64,000 nucleotides of DNA from the NCBI GenBank assembly GCA_036785375.1, contig JAWMAR010000008.1, positions 3,410,001 to 3,474,000 of the forward strand, read 5' to 3'. The notes beneath the pieces are model-generated. The model had not been told where the DNA came from. It was given only the letters and a program-made list of their open reading frames with translations, and ran no database searches. The position numbers and the translations under genes were made by a program. Shown here one piece after another: positions 24,291 through 38,093 of this stretch. The stretch's first letter is position 1. Each line of letters starts with the position of its first letter. This DNA is from Leucoraja ocellata. Its lineage: Eukaryota.

Positions 24291-25809
24291 CATACCATTA
24301 TTGGGTCCTACTTGTATCGTTCATTTGAACTCGGTGGTATTTGGTTTATAGCCTCTGCAACTGGCGTATTATCCCATCTGTGCTGGGTGTAATTTGTGAA
24401 GTCACTCTGTCACTTTTAGTGGCCCTATTCATACATGCTTGGTGGTTGATGGTTCATCTCATTTCGACCACAGATATTTTGTGAGTGTTTGTTTCAGCAG
24501 TGCATTTACATACCATTCCTATTTCCCCTTGCACAAGGTGAGCCACTGCCTTGACTGCTGCCGTTCTAATGAAGATATTCTGCAGTGCAAATGGGGAGGT
24601 TACGGTGAAGCACTGATGGTCGTGTGCGCCTTGGGGGGCGGGGGGGGGGGACCTGTAGAATGTGATGTTACTGTGTACCTGCTGCCCTTTACTCATTGAT
24701 GGTAGTGATCACAGACTAGTGAACTCTGGTCAGTTTAGCCTAGGTAATGACAAGCTAAGTATGAAATAAAGAATGTCTATTTGAGTGTTCATTAGGTGTC
24801 TTTTCTATTTTAAAATTAAATACGCAATTTTTACTCATGGATTATCTTGGATAAAGGTCAGTGGTTTGTTGCATTTCCCAGTTGACCATCATTGAGATGA
24901 GAGCTGGACACTGAGCGTAGAAGTTGCCATGATTGGTACTCAGTCACTTTTTAAATTTGAGAGTCCGTGGATTGCTTTCATGAGTTAAGATATTGGTCAG
25001 CTGTTATATTCTTCAGCTTATCCCAAGATCGTGAGATTCTGTATCCCACGTGTTTTGACTGAGATGTTTGCTTAGACCCAAGACTCAAAATTCCTCATCT
25101 ATATAATCTGACTTGGGTTAGTTTACATCCCCACGTTATTTTGAATTTGTCCAAAATGTTTATGCTTCTGTCAATTCTAAGATGTATTCACTCTACTCAT
25201 CTTTCTGGTGCTCACAATTTGGAAAAAGCAATGTTTAAAATAATGGCCATGTATATTTCTGGCTGGTTGTGTGTTTAGTATTTCTTTACTTCATTGTTGG
25301 AGTTCAGGTTTTGGGCCCCAAACACTGGAAATCCTTCTCCAAACTGTTTAAATTTCCCCCGCACATCTAAATTTCCCTTAAAGGATTTTGCCAAACATGT
25401 GGTTATCTATGCTAATTCTTCCTTAATGCTTGATGTTAAACTTTATTTGATGTTTTTATGAAGTGTGCCTTAGGTTATTATTACATTAATGATGCCATAT
25501 AAATGCAAAACATTGCTGTAATAGTGCAACTTAATGCTTAAAATAAACAGTTGAATCTAATAATGCTGAAATGCTTGGTAGCTGAATAAAGCCACATTCT
25601 TCATGCTTTACGAATGTGGGAGGAAAACTTGGTCATTGGCACTCAGATACATGCCAATGGAACTAAATATATTGGAATGAATAGAGACAGTGTGGTTGCC
25701 CAGCTTTGATAACCAACAGGTGCAATTTTTCACTTTGCATATTCTATAAACCCTCTTGGGTAAACTTTTACAAGTTTTAATAAATTAAATGTTCTTTTTG
25801 GCACTCTAG

Positions 25810-26007
25810 ATAATAAGTAATGTTCCAACTGAAAGTCTCATCCGCTCGGAGCGTCCACCAAACAAGGAAATCTTGCGATATTTCATCAGGCATAACTCGA
25901 TGCGAATGGGGATGGGTGAAAATGCACCCTGGGTGGTCGAAGACAAGCTTGTGGATAAATATTCTCTGCCCAGTAAATTCAGTGACTTCCTGCTCTCTCC
26001 ATACAAG
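25810..26007 (+). CDS. BAZ1B: BAZ1B exon 6
   Basis: IISNVPTESLIRSERPPNKEILRYFIRHNSMRMGMGENAPWVVEDKLVDKYSLPSKFSDFLLSPYK; tag|ATA...AAG|gtaata; 198 nt. Confidence 0.97.
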
Positions 26008-26569
26008 GTAATAAGCTTTTATTTCTCAGAAACTAAAATGGGTGGGGTTTTTTTTGCGTGGAATGCTTGTTTATCACAAAAAAATGTTTTTGTTGTGCAC
26101 ATTTTTTTCCCCCCCCGATTCAGATGTGCAGCAGGCAGATCGAACTAAAGTATGGCTCCTTGTTCTTTCTCAACAAAATACTTGAGCATAGCATATGTCA
26201 TATCTAATCTTAATTGAGATTTAATATCCACTTTGTGTCTGAATTGTTTTAAGACCCTTCTCCCATCAAAGAAATCAGGTCAGAAAGTTAGCATGCGGGA
26301 AGTGTATGTAAGGGGAGTATATGACTAAAATTTTGCCTCAAATTTGGTGTGATCATATGGGGTCCTTGTTCTTTAATATGCATAGTTTCCTCCCTTGCTG
26401 TCAAAGATGGATCTCTCATCTGTGTCTCCTCTGTGTCTAGTAGTTCTGCTATCAGCATCTGCACTTCCTTGTAAGCTGCAATACCTGGGATATTGAATAC
26501 CTGAGATGAGGCTTTTGCGAAGCATTGAGCAGAATTGATGGATTTTAGAAAAATGAAGTGATTTTGCAC

Positions 26570-27130
26570 GAACACTGGAAAACAGGAGCAAAATAGGTCC
26601 TTTAAACCTGCCCTGCCATTCAATATAATCTATGCTTGCCTCAAATTCTCTCGTGCCAGTTCCCCAAAACATTCAGTTCCTTGATTCCTGAAATATTGAT
26701 GTATCTCCACCCTAAGTATATGAAATGATCCACCACCTTTGAGCAGAGAGTTCACAACCTTCTGATTGATGAAATTTCAACGCATCTCAGCTTAAACGTG
26801 TATTTTTTAAATATTTAACTTGAAATGTGAGTCTTGGGAGCTTAAACGGTATATACTGTAAGAATGTTACCTCTAAAGGCCAAATCTAGAACCAAAGATC
26901 AGAGTATCAGCCTCAATTAAAAATGAAATCAGGAAGAGTTTACTTTGATGGAGGTGTGAATCTTTGGAATGCTCTATCTGAGAGAACTATAGTTGCAGTT
27001 TTTTCTAAGTTGTCACAGCTAAGGTATATCATTTTTTGAATATATTGAAGGGATTTTGCAGGAAAGTGGGGTTAGAGCACAGATTAATCTTGATGAATGC
27101 TGGAATCACCAAGATTTTTTTGGGTTCTCA
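26570..27130. mobile_element. Two old CR1 3' relics (minus, then plus)
   Basis: acaggagcaaaataggtcctttaaacctgccctgccattcaatataatc (minus); gtgtgaatctttggaatgctctatc (plus). Confidence 0.5.
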
Positions 27131-28902
27131 CGAGGGTTCTTAATTTAAGTAGAGGACATTTCCAGTCATCAGAGAGAAGTGATTTTCATCTACCTGGTCT
27201 GTGAGATTTCAATCCATTTCCTGCTATTTATCAAAACCTGTATCTCTCCATTGTTGTGCTGTCTTCTTTGACGAATGGAAAATATATTGGCTCTCTAAAT
27301 TTGATCACCGCATTTTTGAGCCATTCACATGTGCAAAATAAGTGGTTTGGTTATTGCTTTATGATTGGCGTACTGATATCAGCAGGAAAGCCATGATTTG
27401 TCCAAAGATCTTGGTAGTCATATTAAATTTCCTAGCCTAGATCCTATGTGTCTCATTCAGCGTATACTCTAATTTGTTTAGAGTATGCTAACACTCTTGT
27501 TTAATTCTCCAACATGTTTTCGATTAAAGCTTATGCATTTTGATTCCACAGGTAATAGAGTACTTGCCACTGCTATTTCTAACTATGCCTTTTTATAATT
27601 TGTCTGTAAGCAATAGGCCAGTCCTAGTTTCCTTCACCTGACCCCCCCACCCACATAATCATCGACCCACCCATTTAATTGCACCTGTAATCCCTACACG
27701 GCCACATTGGTCTTTTGGATGAGATTAATCCTGCTAACCTCCTGCCCTCCTGAGTGGTGACATGGGGTCCGAGTAATAGCAGAGCAAGCCACTGGTAGCA
27801 CATGTGGGACTCCCTTTGACAGCTAATAAAGCTAGAGAAGGAGTCTTCTGGTGGTAATGGATATTAAAATGTTTTAAAATATTTAAAAACTAAAATTTGA
27901 ATTTAAATCCAGTTATCTTAAGGTGCGCACTTATCCAAACAATAATTAACCTGCCTTCCTATATTCGCTCTGGTGTTCTTTAATTATCCTCTTGGATTTA
28001 AAAAAATAGGGTCTTGGACTCTTAAATACTAATTCACTGAATGGACTGAATGCAATGGATAAGATGTTAAATCAGCCAGATCTCTCTGGACCGTGGTACT
28101 ATTAGTGAAAATTTGCTAATCACTGCTAACAAAATAAGGAGATATTGTGTGGTTAAAATACTTTAATTCCTTCATTATGGAAACAGTTTTGTGGTCATTT
28201 GACTATAATCTCAGGGGAGATGATGGTGTGACAAATAGCTCAGGAATAGAGCAGTGATTGATTAATAAAATTTCCAGTTCCTGTTCGCTGGCACTGGAAA
28301 AATGTTACAAGTTGTGATGCGAAACAATACGTGTCTAAGTAAAACAACTTTTGTGTCTTTTTAAATATTGCTACCATTTTGTTGTTTGTTTTGTGAGGAA
28401 GACCAGAGAAAAACAACCCAGGTTTGATGTTGCAAAATCAAATTAGTGTTGCCAGGTTAATATTTGCATAACAAAGCACAAATGTTTGAATTTTATGTTT
28501 AAAAACATTAGGCTGGAAATATCTGTGGCCTCCATTGGCTTGGCTGCTTAAAGTGGTTTGTCACTGAATCATGAGTTACTTTCAGTTGGATTGGCAGGAG
28601 GGCTGTTGCTATTGGAAACTTCCCCACTTGTTAAGGAGAACAAGCTTGTCATGCACAATCTTCTGCATGTTAAAATAACATGTTGAAGCAACACATGCAT
28701 ATCCATAATAATTACCTGCTGATCTCGACTTTCACGATGGGTGCTCATTCAGGCGATGGAAGGAATGAAAATTGTGTAAAAAATTAAAATTATAGATTAA
28801 TTAAAATGGGTCTCAACCATAATGCACATTGTGTACATTTATATAAAAAGTATAAATAGCATCCAAGCTCCTATTTGCCTTAAACAATTCGGAGTAGAAG
28901 CA

Positions 28903-30172
28903 CAGTACTTTCCATAATGTTTGGGACGAAGACGCATCATTTATTTATTTGCCTCTGTACTCCACAATTTGAGATTTGTAATACTAAAAAAAATCACATG
29001 TGCTTAAAGTGCACATTGTCAGGTTTTAATAAAGGGTATTTTTATACATTTTGGTTTCACCATGTAGAAATTACAGCGGGGTTTATACATAGTACCCCCC
29101 ATTTCAGGGCACCATAATGTTTGGGACACAGCAATGTCATGTAAATGAAAGTAGTCATGTTTAGTATTTTGTTGCATATCCTTTGCATGCAATGAATTCT
29201 TGAAGTCTGTGATTCATGGACATCACCAGTTGCTGGGTGTCTTCTCTGGTGCTGCTCTGCCAGGCCTGTATTACAGCCATCTTTAGCATGCTTGTTTTGG
29301 GGGATAGTCCCCTTCAGTTTTCTCTTCAGCATATAAAAGGCATGCCCAATTGGGTTCAGATCGGGTGATTGATTTGGCCACTCAAGAATTGACCATTTTT
29401 TAGCTTTGAAAAACTCCTTTGTTGCTTTAGCAGTATGTTTGGGATCATTGTCTTGCAGTAGAATGAACCACCGGCCAATGTGTTTTGAGGCATTTGTTTG
29501 AACTTGAGCAGATAGGATGTGTCTATACACTTCATATTTCATTATGCTACTACCATCAGCAGTTGTATCATCAATGAAGATAAATGAGCCAGTAACTTCA
29601 GCAGCCAAATGTGCCCAAGCCATAACAACCCCACCACCATGTTTCACAGCTCACCAGTGCTCTCTTTCTTCTTAATGATGTTCCAAACAGTTGATTGTGG
29701 TAAGCCTAAGGTTTGGCTGATGTCTCTAACAGTTTTATTCTTGTTTCTCAGTCTCATAATGGCTTCTTTGACTTTCATTGGCACAACTTTGGTCCTCATG
29801 TTGATAAACAACAACAATAATAGTTTCCAAAGGTGATGGAAAGACTGGAGGAAATACTAGCTGTTGAGAGCTCTCTTATACCTGCATTAAGGCAGCATTT
29901 AAACACACGTGAGCAATTACAAACACCTGCCAAGCCATATGTCCCAAACATTATGATGCTCTGAAAAGGAGGGGAGGGAGGGAACTATGTATAAACACAG
30001 CTGTAATTTCTACATGGTGACACCAAAATGTATAAAAATACCCTTTAATAATATTTGACAACGTGCACTTTAACCACATGTGATTTTTTTCTATTACAAA
30101 TCTCAAATCGCGGAGTACAGAGGGAAATAAATAAATGACAGATCTTTGTCCCAAATATTATGGAGGGCACTG
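28903..30172 (-). mobile_element. Tc1 IR-DR transposon, internally deleted (1.27 kb)
   Basis: ~230-bp TIRs (CAGTACTTTCCATAATGTTTGGGAC / GTCCCAAATATTATGGAGGGCACTG+TA) with internal DRs. Minus-strand ORF KHGGGVVMAW...QDNDPKH...SPDLNPIGH has the DD34E Glu mutated. Deletion junction at ~29648. Confidence 0.93.
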
Positions 30173-33111
30173 TAATAATGTTATCAGTATATATGATGGC
30201 GCCATCTTCATCTTATTATGTCGCTAGTTCCGTAATTCACTCCCACACACGTACTTCAGTTGCTGACCTGATAATAAAATATGCGTTTGTTGATGCAATT
30301 GTGAAGTCTTTTTTTTCTCTCCTCTAAGCCAGTTCCTCAGAGCCATTAAGAGAACAGAGGTTTTGATTTTATGCTAGTGATTTAAGAGGAGGGTTGCAAA
30401 ATGATAGGAAATTGAAATGCATGGTTTTAGTTAAGAGCACTTGGGAGTTAATTAAATCTCCAAATTCATCTGCTGAAGGGAATGTTTGTGAGTATGTCTT
30501 CTGTTCTTGAAAATATTTTGAGGTTGGCTTTGTAGTAGTAATAAAATCCCACATCTTCTATTGAAAAACTGCTTTGAAGTGCTATGTGTGCCCGGCTGTT
30601 TTTTTATGTGCTTCTTGCTTGATTTTTCAATCTCTGCTGACATTTTACCTTCCAGAATGAGCTTAATGAGAATGTTTCTGCGTTTCTGTGTGCGTCAAGT
30701 GTTCTGTGTGGGAGGGCTATATTTATCTCCTAACCCAGTCATCTTCATCCCAGCAGTGCTTCTGCTTCATCATTAGTATGGGGGAAAAGGCATTGGAATA
30801 GATGGACAGTAAATTTTGAAAGTTAAGGATGTGGCATATTTTTAGAGTTCCTGCATACGGAGACCAAGATGGTTTTTTGCAAAGATTGAAGTTGCCTATG
30901 CTAAATACGGTATAGAGTTTGAATGGCTCGCATTTGGGGTAAAATTATTGCAAGATTCTCTATGATCAGGAATAACCTTTATGAGTGGCGTGAGTCAGTT
31001 TGTGGAGAAGAAAAGTGTGGGGGGATTTCATTCCTGAATTTAAATAAAATGCTGTCATTGCTTTGGGAAAATGTGGAAATGATGCATAATGATAGTTCTT
31101 AAATATCTTAAAAGATTAGAAGCCAGATGATGCACTACAAGGTGTTAACAAAAAAAAAATCTAAATTCAGGTCAAGCATTATGGTGACAAGTGGAGGAAG
31201 TATTTACATATAATTTTTAATTGTCTGTTAATTTGTAGTGGAATTATACATGAGTCAGGGAATATGTTGTTGTCATGTTTATCTTGCTCTTTTAAAGTTT
31301 GAAATAAAGCAGAAAATGCTGACTTGAGTACTACCAGTATTTTCTGTCTTATTTCTCTTTTTCTCTTCTCAGCTTCATAGGCTGCTTTTACATTTTGTGA
31401 AAGGTGGAGAGCAAGGCACAAATTATAGGAAATGAAGGCCCGAATAGCTTCAGACCATCTTTGTGGTATGGATTCTAAGAAAGGTAGCCCTTAGCTCTCC
31501 TGTCTTCCCTATCTGTTATCTTTTTGCCTTTCATCTGTCTACATTGCTCTTTGCCTTAGTTGTGCTGTCATCCTTAAGGAAAGATGCCAAAATCACTTGG
31601 CATAGATTCTGCTTTACTATTTATTTATTGTCCAGCCTCTACTTAATTTCAGGCCATAGAAAGCTAAGTAAGAAAATGTCAGATCGTTTAATGCTACCAT
31701 TCTTCCGTGGGGAAATGAGCCTATTTTTATTGGTAGATGTTTTATTTTGTTCTGAGTTAATTGACCAGACTTGATCCATAACAATGAAGTGATGCATGTT
31801 GTCAGTGAATATCAGAAATGTATTACTGGCTATAAATCTCTCCCAAGTGCATGTTGTGCCTTCATGGCATTGTTAATCTACAAATGTATATTTCATTTAG
31901 ATGTATCAGCTAATAAATGCTTATTTTTTAACTCTCAAACTTCGGTTCGCATTTGAAAGTATTTGAATTGAATTTGATCAGTGGGGTTAATGATACTTTC
32001 ATGTCAACTGCTAATTCCCGTGCACAGGGCAGTTTATTATTCCCTAAATATAAGCATTTTGTTGGATTGCAAATAAATTTCTGAAGTAGATTACATTTGG
32101 TATTACTCAATCTTGCAGAAGCAGAACATTCATGATCTTTTTAAATTGGTTCTCAAGTTCAGGAGGGCCTGACAAAATCTTTGAATAGTTAGTTCCGGAA
32201 GACATGACCAAATCATGGAACTTTTAGAATTCAGAAGCATTCAAAAACTATTGAAAAACTAACCAAAAATTAAATTGACAAGATATTGAAAGCTTATTTT
32301 TCATTTTTCTTGACTTCAAAGAGTTTAGGCTGATTTAATTTGATCTCTTTTTTATAGAGTAACCAGCTCATCCTGGAATTGAAACGCGTCTTTGTTTTGT
32401 TTGGAGACCAAAAAAATAGTCTGGTCTCATTAAAAATAAAATAAGATTGGGGAAAATGTGGGCCAAATTTGGTAAGATTAACCCAAAGCCACAATTGCTT
32501 GGCTGGACTTTATGTGGCAAATTCTCAGCAGAATATGGGCAACACTTGTGAAGAGGGAAATCATTAATGTTTAAAGTCAATGAACTTCCATTAGAGCATT
32601 TTCTGTAGATTTTATTAAAGTCCAAGAGGTTCTCTTGTTGAAAGCAAGGGTGGAGGGGGAGAAGAGTGGGATTGAAAGAGCATGATTTTAAAAATCCTGG
32701 TATAATGGGTGGTTTTAGAGGTAGCCTTGTGACATAATATGGTCCAGCCAATTCTGATAGTATCCAGTGCTCGATTCAGTAATTAAATATCGAACAGTAC
32801 AGCACAAGAACAAGCCCATTGATCCACAATATAGGTGCTAATCATGATGTTGCATGTAGAGGTAAAGCTGTATCAACAAAAATAGAATACAATGTATATT
32901 TTCTGTGATCAGCAAAATGGAAGATATCCGGTTATCTTTTTTAACATGCTGTTTTGGGAAAGATGACTTCTTTTTTGATAAATTTTAATGAGTACTAAGC
33001 TGATTTGTGTATGATATTGAACCCAGGTTCATGGGAAAAATATGCCTGAGTGATAGTAGTGGTGGTACTCTTGCTGTTCAAATATTCTCACTGTTGACAT
33101 CTTAATATAAC

Positions 33112-33404
33112 TAAGTTTAGAGATACAGCACATAAACAGGCCCTTTGGTCCACCAAAGCCACATCGGTCACCCATTCACATCATCCCATTTTCTCATCCA
33201 CTCCCGACACATTAGGAGTAATTTAGAAACCCATTAACCAAATATTCTGCATTTCTTTCGGGATGTGGGAGGAAAACGGAGGAGACTAACGTGGTCACGG
33301 GGAATCATGCAAACTGCACGCAGACAGCACCCAAGGTCAGGATTGATCCTGGGTCTCTGGCACTGTGAGGCAGCAACTCTATCAACTGTGCCACTCTACT
33401 GCCC
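33112..33404 (-). mobile_element. HE1-type tRNA SINE (older copy)
   Basis: Colinear with 19523-19818: tttagagatacagc...aaacaggccct...gacagcacccaaggtcaggattgatcctgggtctctggcactgtgaggcagcaactct. Confidence 0.8.
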
Positions 33405-33409
33405 CTGAT

Positions 33410-34145
33410 ACGAAAATTGGTGGTGTAGTAGACACTGAAAAAAGTTGTATAAGGATCTAAATTAACTGGGAAAATGGACAAATGAATGTCCGATGGAATT
33501 TAAGTACAAAGTGATGTATTTTGAGAAGTTAAACCAGGACATACACAGATAAACCTTGGGGTACAAATACATGGTTCCCTGAAAATGGTGATACAGATAG
33601 AGAGGATTTTTGAAGAAATTAAATGTCATACTCGTCTTCATTGGTCAGCATTGAATACAAATGTTGGGACATCATGTTACAGTTGTACAAGGCAGTGGTG
33701 AGACCACACTTGGATGTATTGTGGGAAGCTCACAATGGTTACCTAAAAAATATGTTGCTATGACTGGAGTACTTAAGTAGTGATTGGATAGGCTGAGATT
33801 GTCTTCCCATGAGAAGTTGAAGGGTAACCTAAAAGATTTATCAAATTTTGAAAGGCTTAGTTAAGGCAAGATGGTCAGTCTTTTCCCCAGAGTATGCAGG
33901 TTAGACTAGCTAGCATAAATTTAAGTGAGAGAAATATTTAATATGGAGCTGGCAGACAGGTTTCCCACGCACAGGATGGTGGGTGTATGAAATAAGATGC
34001 CAGAAGTGGTAGAGACAGCTAAAATTCCAACATTTAAAAAAGAAAGGGACAAACACAGGCAAACGGGTCCAGCTCAGGTAGGCACCGTGGCTGTCCTTGT
34101 CAAGTTGGGCCGAAAGGCATGTTTCTGTGCTATATGACTCTCAGA
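33410..34145 (+). mobile_element. Decayed CR1 RT-to-3' end
   Basis: aaaattggtggtgtagtagac; ttgtacaaggcagtggtgagaccacacttgg; gggccgaaaggcatgtttctgtgctatatgactct tail. Confidence 0.7.
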
Positions 34146-34546
34146 GAATGAAGGAATTTGTGGGAGAATTAGATAGTCGTGAAGAGAATATGTTGCCCTG
34201 TGTTGAGAATAATGAGATATGTTCTCAATGAACATGATGTTTTCGTTGGCTATGGTGTTTAACAATTATGATAACCGTCTCAAAATTAAGAGCTAGCCAT
34301 GAAATACATTGATCAGAAGAAACCTTTTGGCAGTGAATTTTGGATCTTGTGATTGTATTGAATAGTGGAGGATGCACAACGGGAAGAATGGCTGGCTGTT
34401 ATTTTAACATTGTGCAATTTTCCAGCAATATGTAATTCCACCAATATTTAATTAGCTCACCACACTGAAGTATTTATGACATATTGTGTAATATTTCCAG
34501 TTTTGCATCCTTGCTGAAGACTAATGTACTCTTATATCTGTTTCAG

Positions 34547-36483
34547 TACATGATTCATAACCCTGTTGTGAATTTGGGGAAAAGAAAAAATTCTGGTTTG
34601 AATGAGGGAAAACCATCGAAAAAGGCCAGAGGAAATGGGGACCCAAACAAAGAGACAAACAAAAAACGGAAAATTAAAAATAAAGATAAGATTCCCTTAA
34701 GTCCACCTTTGAGCCCAACATTATGGGGACATGTACATGTGAAAAAGGCTATGAATGGTACTGACATGGCATATAGTCCCAAAAGATCTCCAGAACAAGA
34801 ACTGGAAGAAGTCATGAAGATAGTAACTCCAACCAAGCTGAACACCAATTTCCACATTCCCAAAAAAGGCTCCAATGCTGCCCGAAATTTAAAAAAGCTG
34901 CAAATCAAGGATAAAATTAACAAAAAGGAGAGGTCAAAGAATAAGAATAAGTTGGTTAATGGGCAGAAAACCCCAGGGAATAACAAATCTCCAAAAAAGG
35001 TTCTGAAAACACCAAAGAGAAAAATGAAGCAGATGACACTTTTTGAAATGGCAAAATCAGGTACTTCCAAGTCAGGAAAGATGCAGAAAGGTGTTGGAGG
35101 GGCATCAAGATCTGTGACTAAACCTCAGAAATACTTGCCACTCTTGGCTTTACAATTCCTTCGATATTTCAAAGAAAACAAAGGAAGGGAAGAGAGAAAG
35201 GGTGCAGTATCTGCATTTATCACTCGAGTAGCTAAAGTGCTTTCTGCTGAAGATCGTGCACGTTTACCAGACGAAGTCCGAGACCTTGTGCAGAAAAGAT
35301 ATGAGATGTTGGAACATAAGAGAAAGTGGGCATTGATGACCCTGGAAGAGCGAGAAGATTATCACAAGAAAAAACGTGAAGAGCTGAAGGTAAAGATGAA
35401 GGAAAAGGCCAAAGAACGAAGAGCAAAGGAAATGAAATTAAAATTGGAGAAACAGAAGAGATTCGAAGATCAGACTCTTACAGGGAAGAGTTTACCTGCG
35501 TTAAAGCTAGTTGATACTCCAGAAGGGCTCCCCAACACACTTTTTGGTGATGTTGCTATGGTAGTTGAGTTTCTCAGTTGTTATGCTGGTTTGCTAATGC
35601 CTGATGACCAATATCCAATCACAGCAGTTTCCTTGATGGAAGCATTGGCATCTGAAAAGGGAGGATTCCTCTATTTGAACAGAGTACTATTGATCCTCCT
35701 TCAAACTTTGCTACAGGATGAAATTGCAGAAGACTACCGAGAACTGGGGATGAAGCTGTCTGAGATCCCCCTCACTTTGCACTCTGCTTCGGAGCTTGTC
35801 CGGCTCTGCATGCGAAAGTCTGATGTACAAAATGAAAGTGAGGTGTCAGAAACTAATGAAGACTGTAAAGACTCTGTAGGGTTTGAAGACAATGAAGTTG
35901 CAGATGAATTTCTAGATAAGCTGGAAACTGCCGAGTTTTTCGAACTGACCCCAGAAGAGAAAGTGAAGATTTTAACAGCACTCTGCCATCGAATTTTGAT
36001 GACCTATTCGGTTCAGGATCACATGGAGGATTCACAGCATAAATCTGCAGAGCTTTGGAAAGAGAGGCTAGCCATGCAAAAAGAAGAGAACGACCGGAAA
36101 AAGGCTGAAAAACTGAAGAAAAAGGAAATGGAGGCAAAAAACAGAGAGCCAGAAAATGTAAAAACGAGTGACAAGAAAAAAGAGAAGAGGGAATTTGATA
36201 AAAAGCTAGAGGCCGACAAAGGTGTAAATGACTTATTGGTGGATGTCAACGGCAGTGAAGACCTCATTAGTGCCATTAAAAGCAGACGGCAAATGACAAT
36301 GCAAGCAAAAAAGGAGAAAGAGGAACGGGAAAAGCATGAGAAAGAGAGGATGGAAAAAGAGGTCGAGGGAGAGAAGATTCGCAAACAAAAAGCAGCAGCT
36401 GAAAAGGCTTTCCAGGAAGGAATTGCAAAGTCCAAACTTGTCCTACATAGATCACCGATGGGCACAGACCGCAACCATAATAG
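34547..36483 (+). CDS. BAZ1B: BAZ1B exon 7 (large, 1937 nt: kinase C-motif region, coiled coil, DDT, WHIM1, start of WHIM2/WSD)
   Basis: Contains PEGLPNTLFGDVAMVVEFLSCY (DDT), EEKVKILTALCHRIL (WHIM1) and SPMGTDRNHNR. cag|TAC...AG|gtatgt. Confidence 0.98.
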
Positions 36484-37026
36484 GTATGTAGTTTCACTGC
36501 TGATCAATCATGATCAGAAATCCACACTCCAGTGCTATTTTATTGATACGAAAATACTGTATTATTATGTTGATGCAATGTGAGATTTGTCAGTTCAGCA
36601 AAATGTTAAATTGGCTTTTGATTGGATGGACATTTGCTAAGATGTGCAACCCGACACATTGTATGAGGACCAATTCAACTTCTGGTTTGCAAATTTTTTT
36701 GGACGGAAGTCAGTACTGGTGACCTAAAAATATTGTTAAAAAATGTTTTTTTGCAGCTAATTTGAACTTGTTGAACTAGATTGGTTTTCCTCATCATGGA
36801 CAAGTATAGTTTTTCGATAAAATGGGGAAATCTCTTCTGGTTTTTTTCTTCTGTGTATAAAATTGTGCAGTAATTTCTGATGTAATAATGCTTAATTGTA
36901 TGTTCAACTGCGGTGAGATCTTTCTTAATAAATTAAGGACAATTAATTAAAGTTGAAAGTTTGCCCGTGAAAATGATTGGATGTGTGATCATGCAGTAAC
37001 AAAGCCTAACATTCCTTTTGCTGCAG

Positions 37027-37154
37027 GTTCTGGCTATTTTCTGACCTTGTACCTGGACTGTATGTAGAGAATGGCTGGGTACATGACAGTGTTGATTACA
37101 GCTTTACCCTTCCAGAAAAGTATACACGTCATGAAGAAGACCCAGACTCTAAAA
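37027..37154 (+). CDS. BAZ1B: BAZ1B exon 8
   Basis: (R)FWLFSDLVPGLYVENGWVHDSVDYSF...; cag|G...AAAA|gtaagt; 128 nt. Confidence 0.96.
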
Positions 37155-37947
37155 GTAAGTCTTCAATCCATACCATTTCATAAGAATCCCACTTTAGCTT
37201 AAATACCTATTGCTTATTCAGCAGGCAAAACAATTATTGATAACATGGCAGAATACTTCGTATGGGCAATTCCTGCACTATGGGAGGGATAGGCTCCTAG
37301 ATTTCCACATCTAGATTTTCTGTAAACCCACAATTTCTCTTTTGAATCCCATGTCCCATAGGCAGGGATTTGTTCCTGTAGATATGCTTTATCTCTCATT
37401 AAGACAATGACTGCGATCCACTGCCACTATATAACAGTTGACACCAACAGTAGCCTGTGGTGGACAAGGCTTATGAATTGAGAAAAGGTATAAGAAGTGC
37501 CGATATCAGAGAAAGGAATGACATTCGATAATGGGAGTACATGGTAGAAAGATTGTGTAGAAGTTCAGGTGGATAAAGGGCTGTGAAAGTGGAGTAAAGT
37601 CTAATGGATTGGTTTAAGCGGATGCAGTTTTCCTGCAATGCAGCTGTCGGGGAGAATGCCTCGTGCATGAAGAGCATGGCAGTACTGCCTCTGATGTGTC
37701 CATTCACGTGCTCTCAAGATAGAGGGGGTGTGACAAAGAAAGGAATCAGCTGTGACTGGCATGAGTTGGTGGTTTTATAGGCATAGGAGGAAAGAATATT
37801 ACAAAACTAATAATTTGAAATAATGGCATTGGTGGTGTGAACCTCTGGGTGGATTTGGAGTAATGGTATAGGCGAGCAATAGTGAAATTACTGCTTTTAT
37901 ATAGAAGGTAGCAACATCTTCAGCATGTCAATATTCCTGTTGTGTTT

Positions 37948-38093
37948 AAGAAGGAACTGCAGATGTTGGAAAATCGAAGGATTTTCTGAAATCGAAGCAG
38001 TCTGAAGAAGGGTTTCGGCCCGAAATGTTGCCTATTTCCTTCGCTCCATAGATGCTGTTGCACCCGCTGAGTTTCTCCAGCATTTTTGTGTAC
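37948..38093 (+). mobile_element. 146-bp Penelope-derived mini-element with hammerhead core and 15-bp TSD
   Basis: TSD attcctgttgtgttt (37933-37947, 38094-38108). Core CTGAAGA-a-GGGT(TTCG)GCCC-GAAA-tgtt at 38002-38029. A short inverted terminus sits at the left end. Confidence 0.88.

Noticed and set aside
34555-36507. Minus-strand ORFs of 171, 162 and 94 aa
   Set aside because: Antisense shadows of the Lys/Glu-rich BAZ1B exon 7; Phe/Ser/Leu-rich with no recognisable domain.
34484-36583. 699-aa ORF as a stand-alone gene
   Set aside because: It is exon 7 plus intronic read-through; splice sites at 34546/34547 and 36483/36484 fit the BAZ1B phases.
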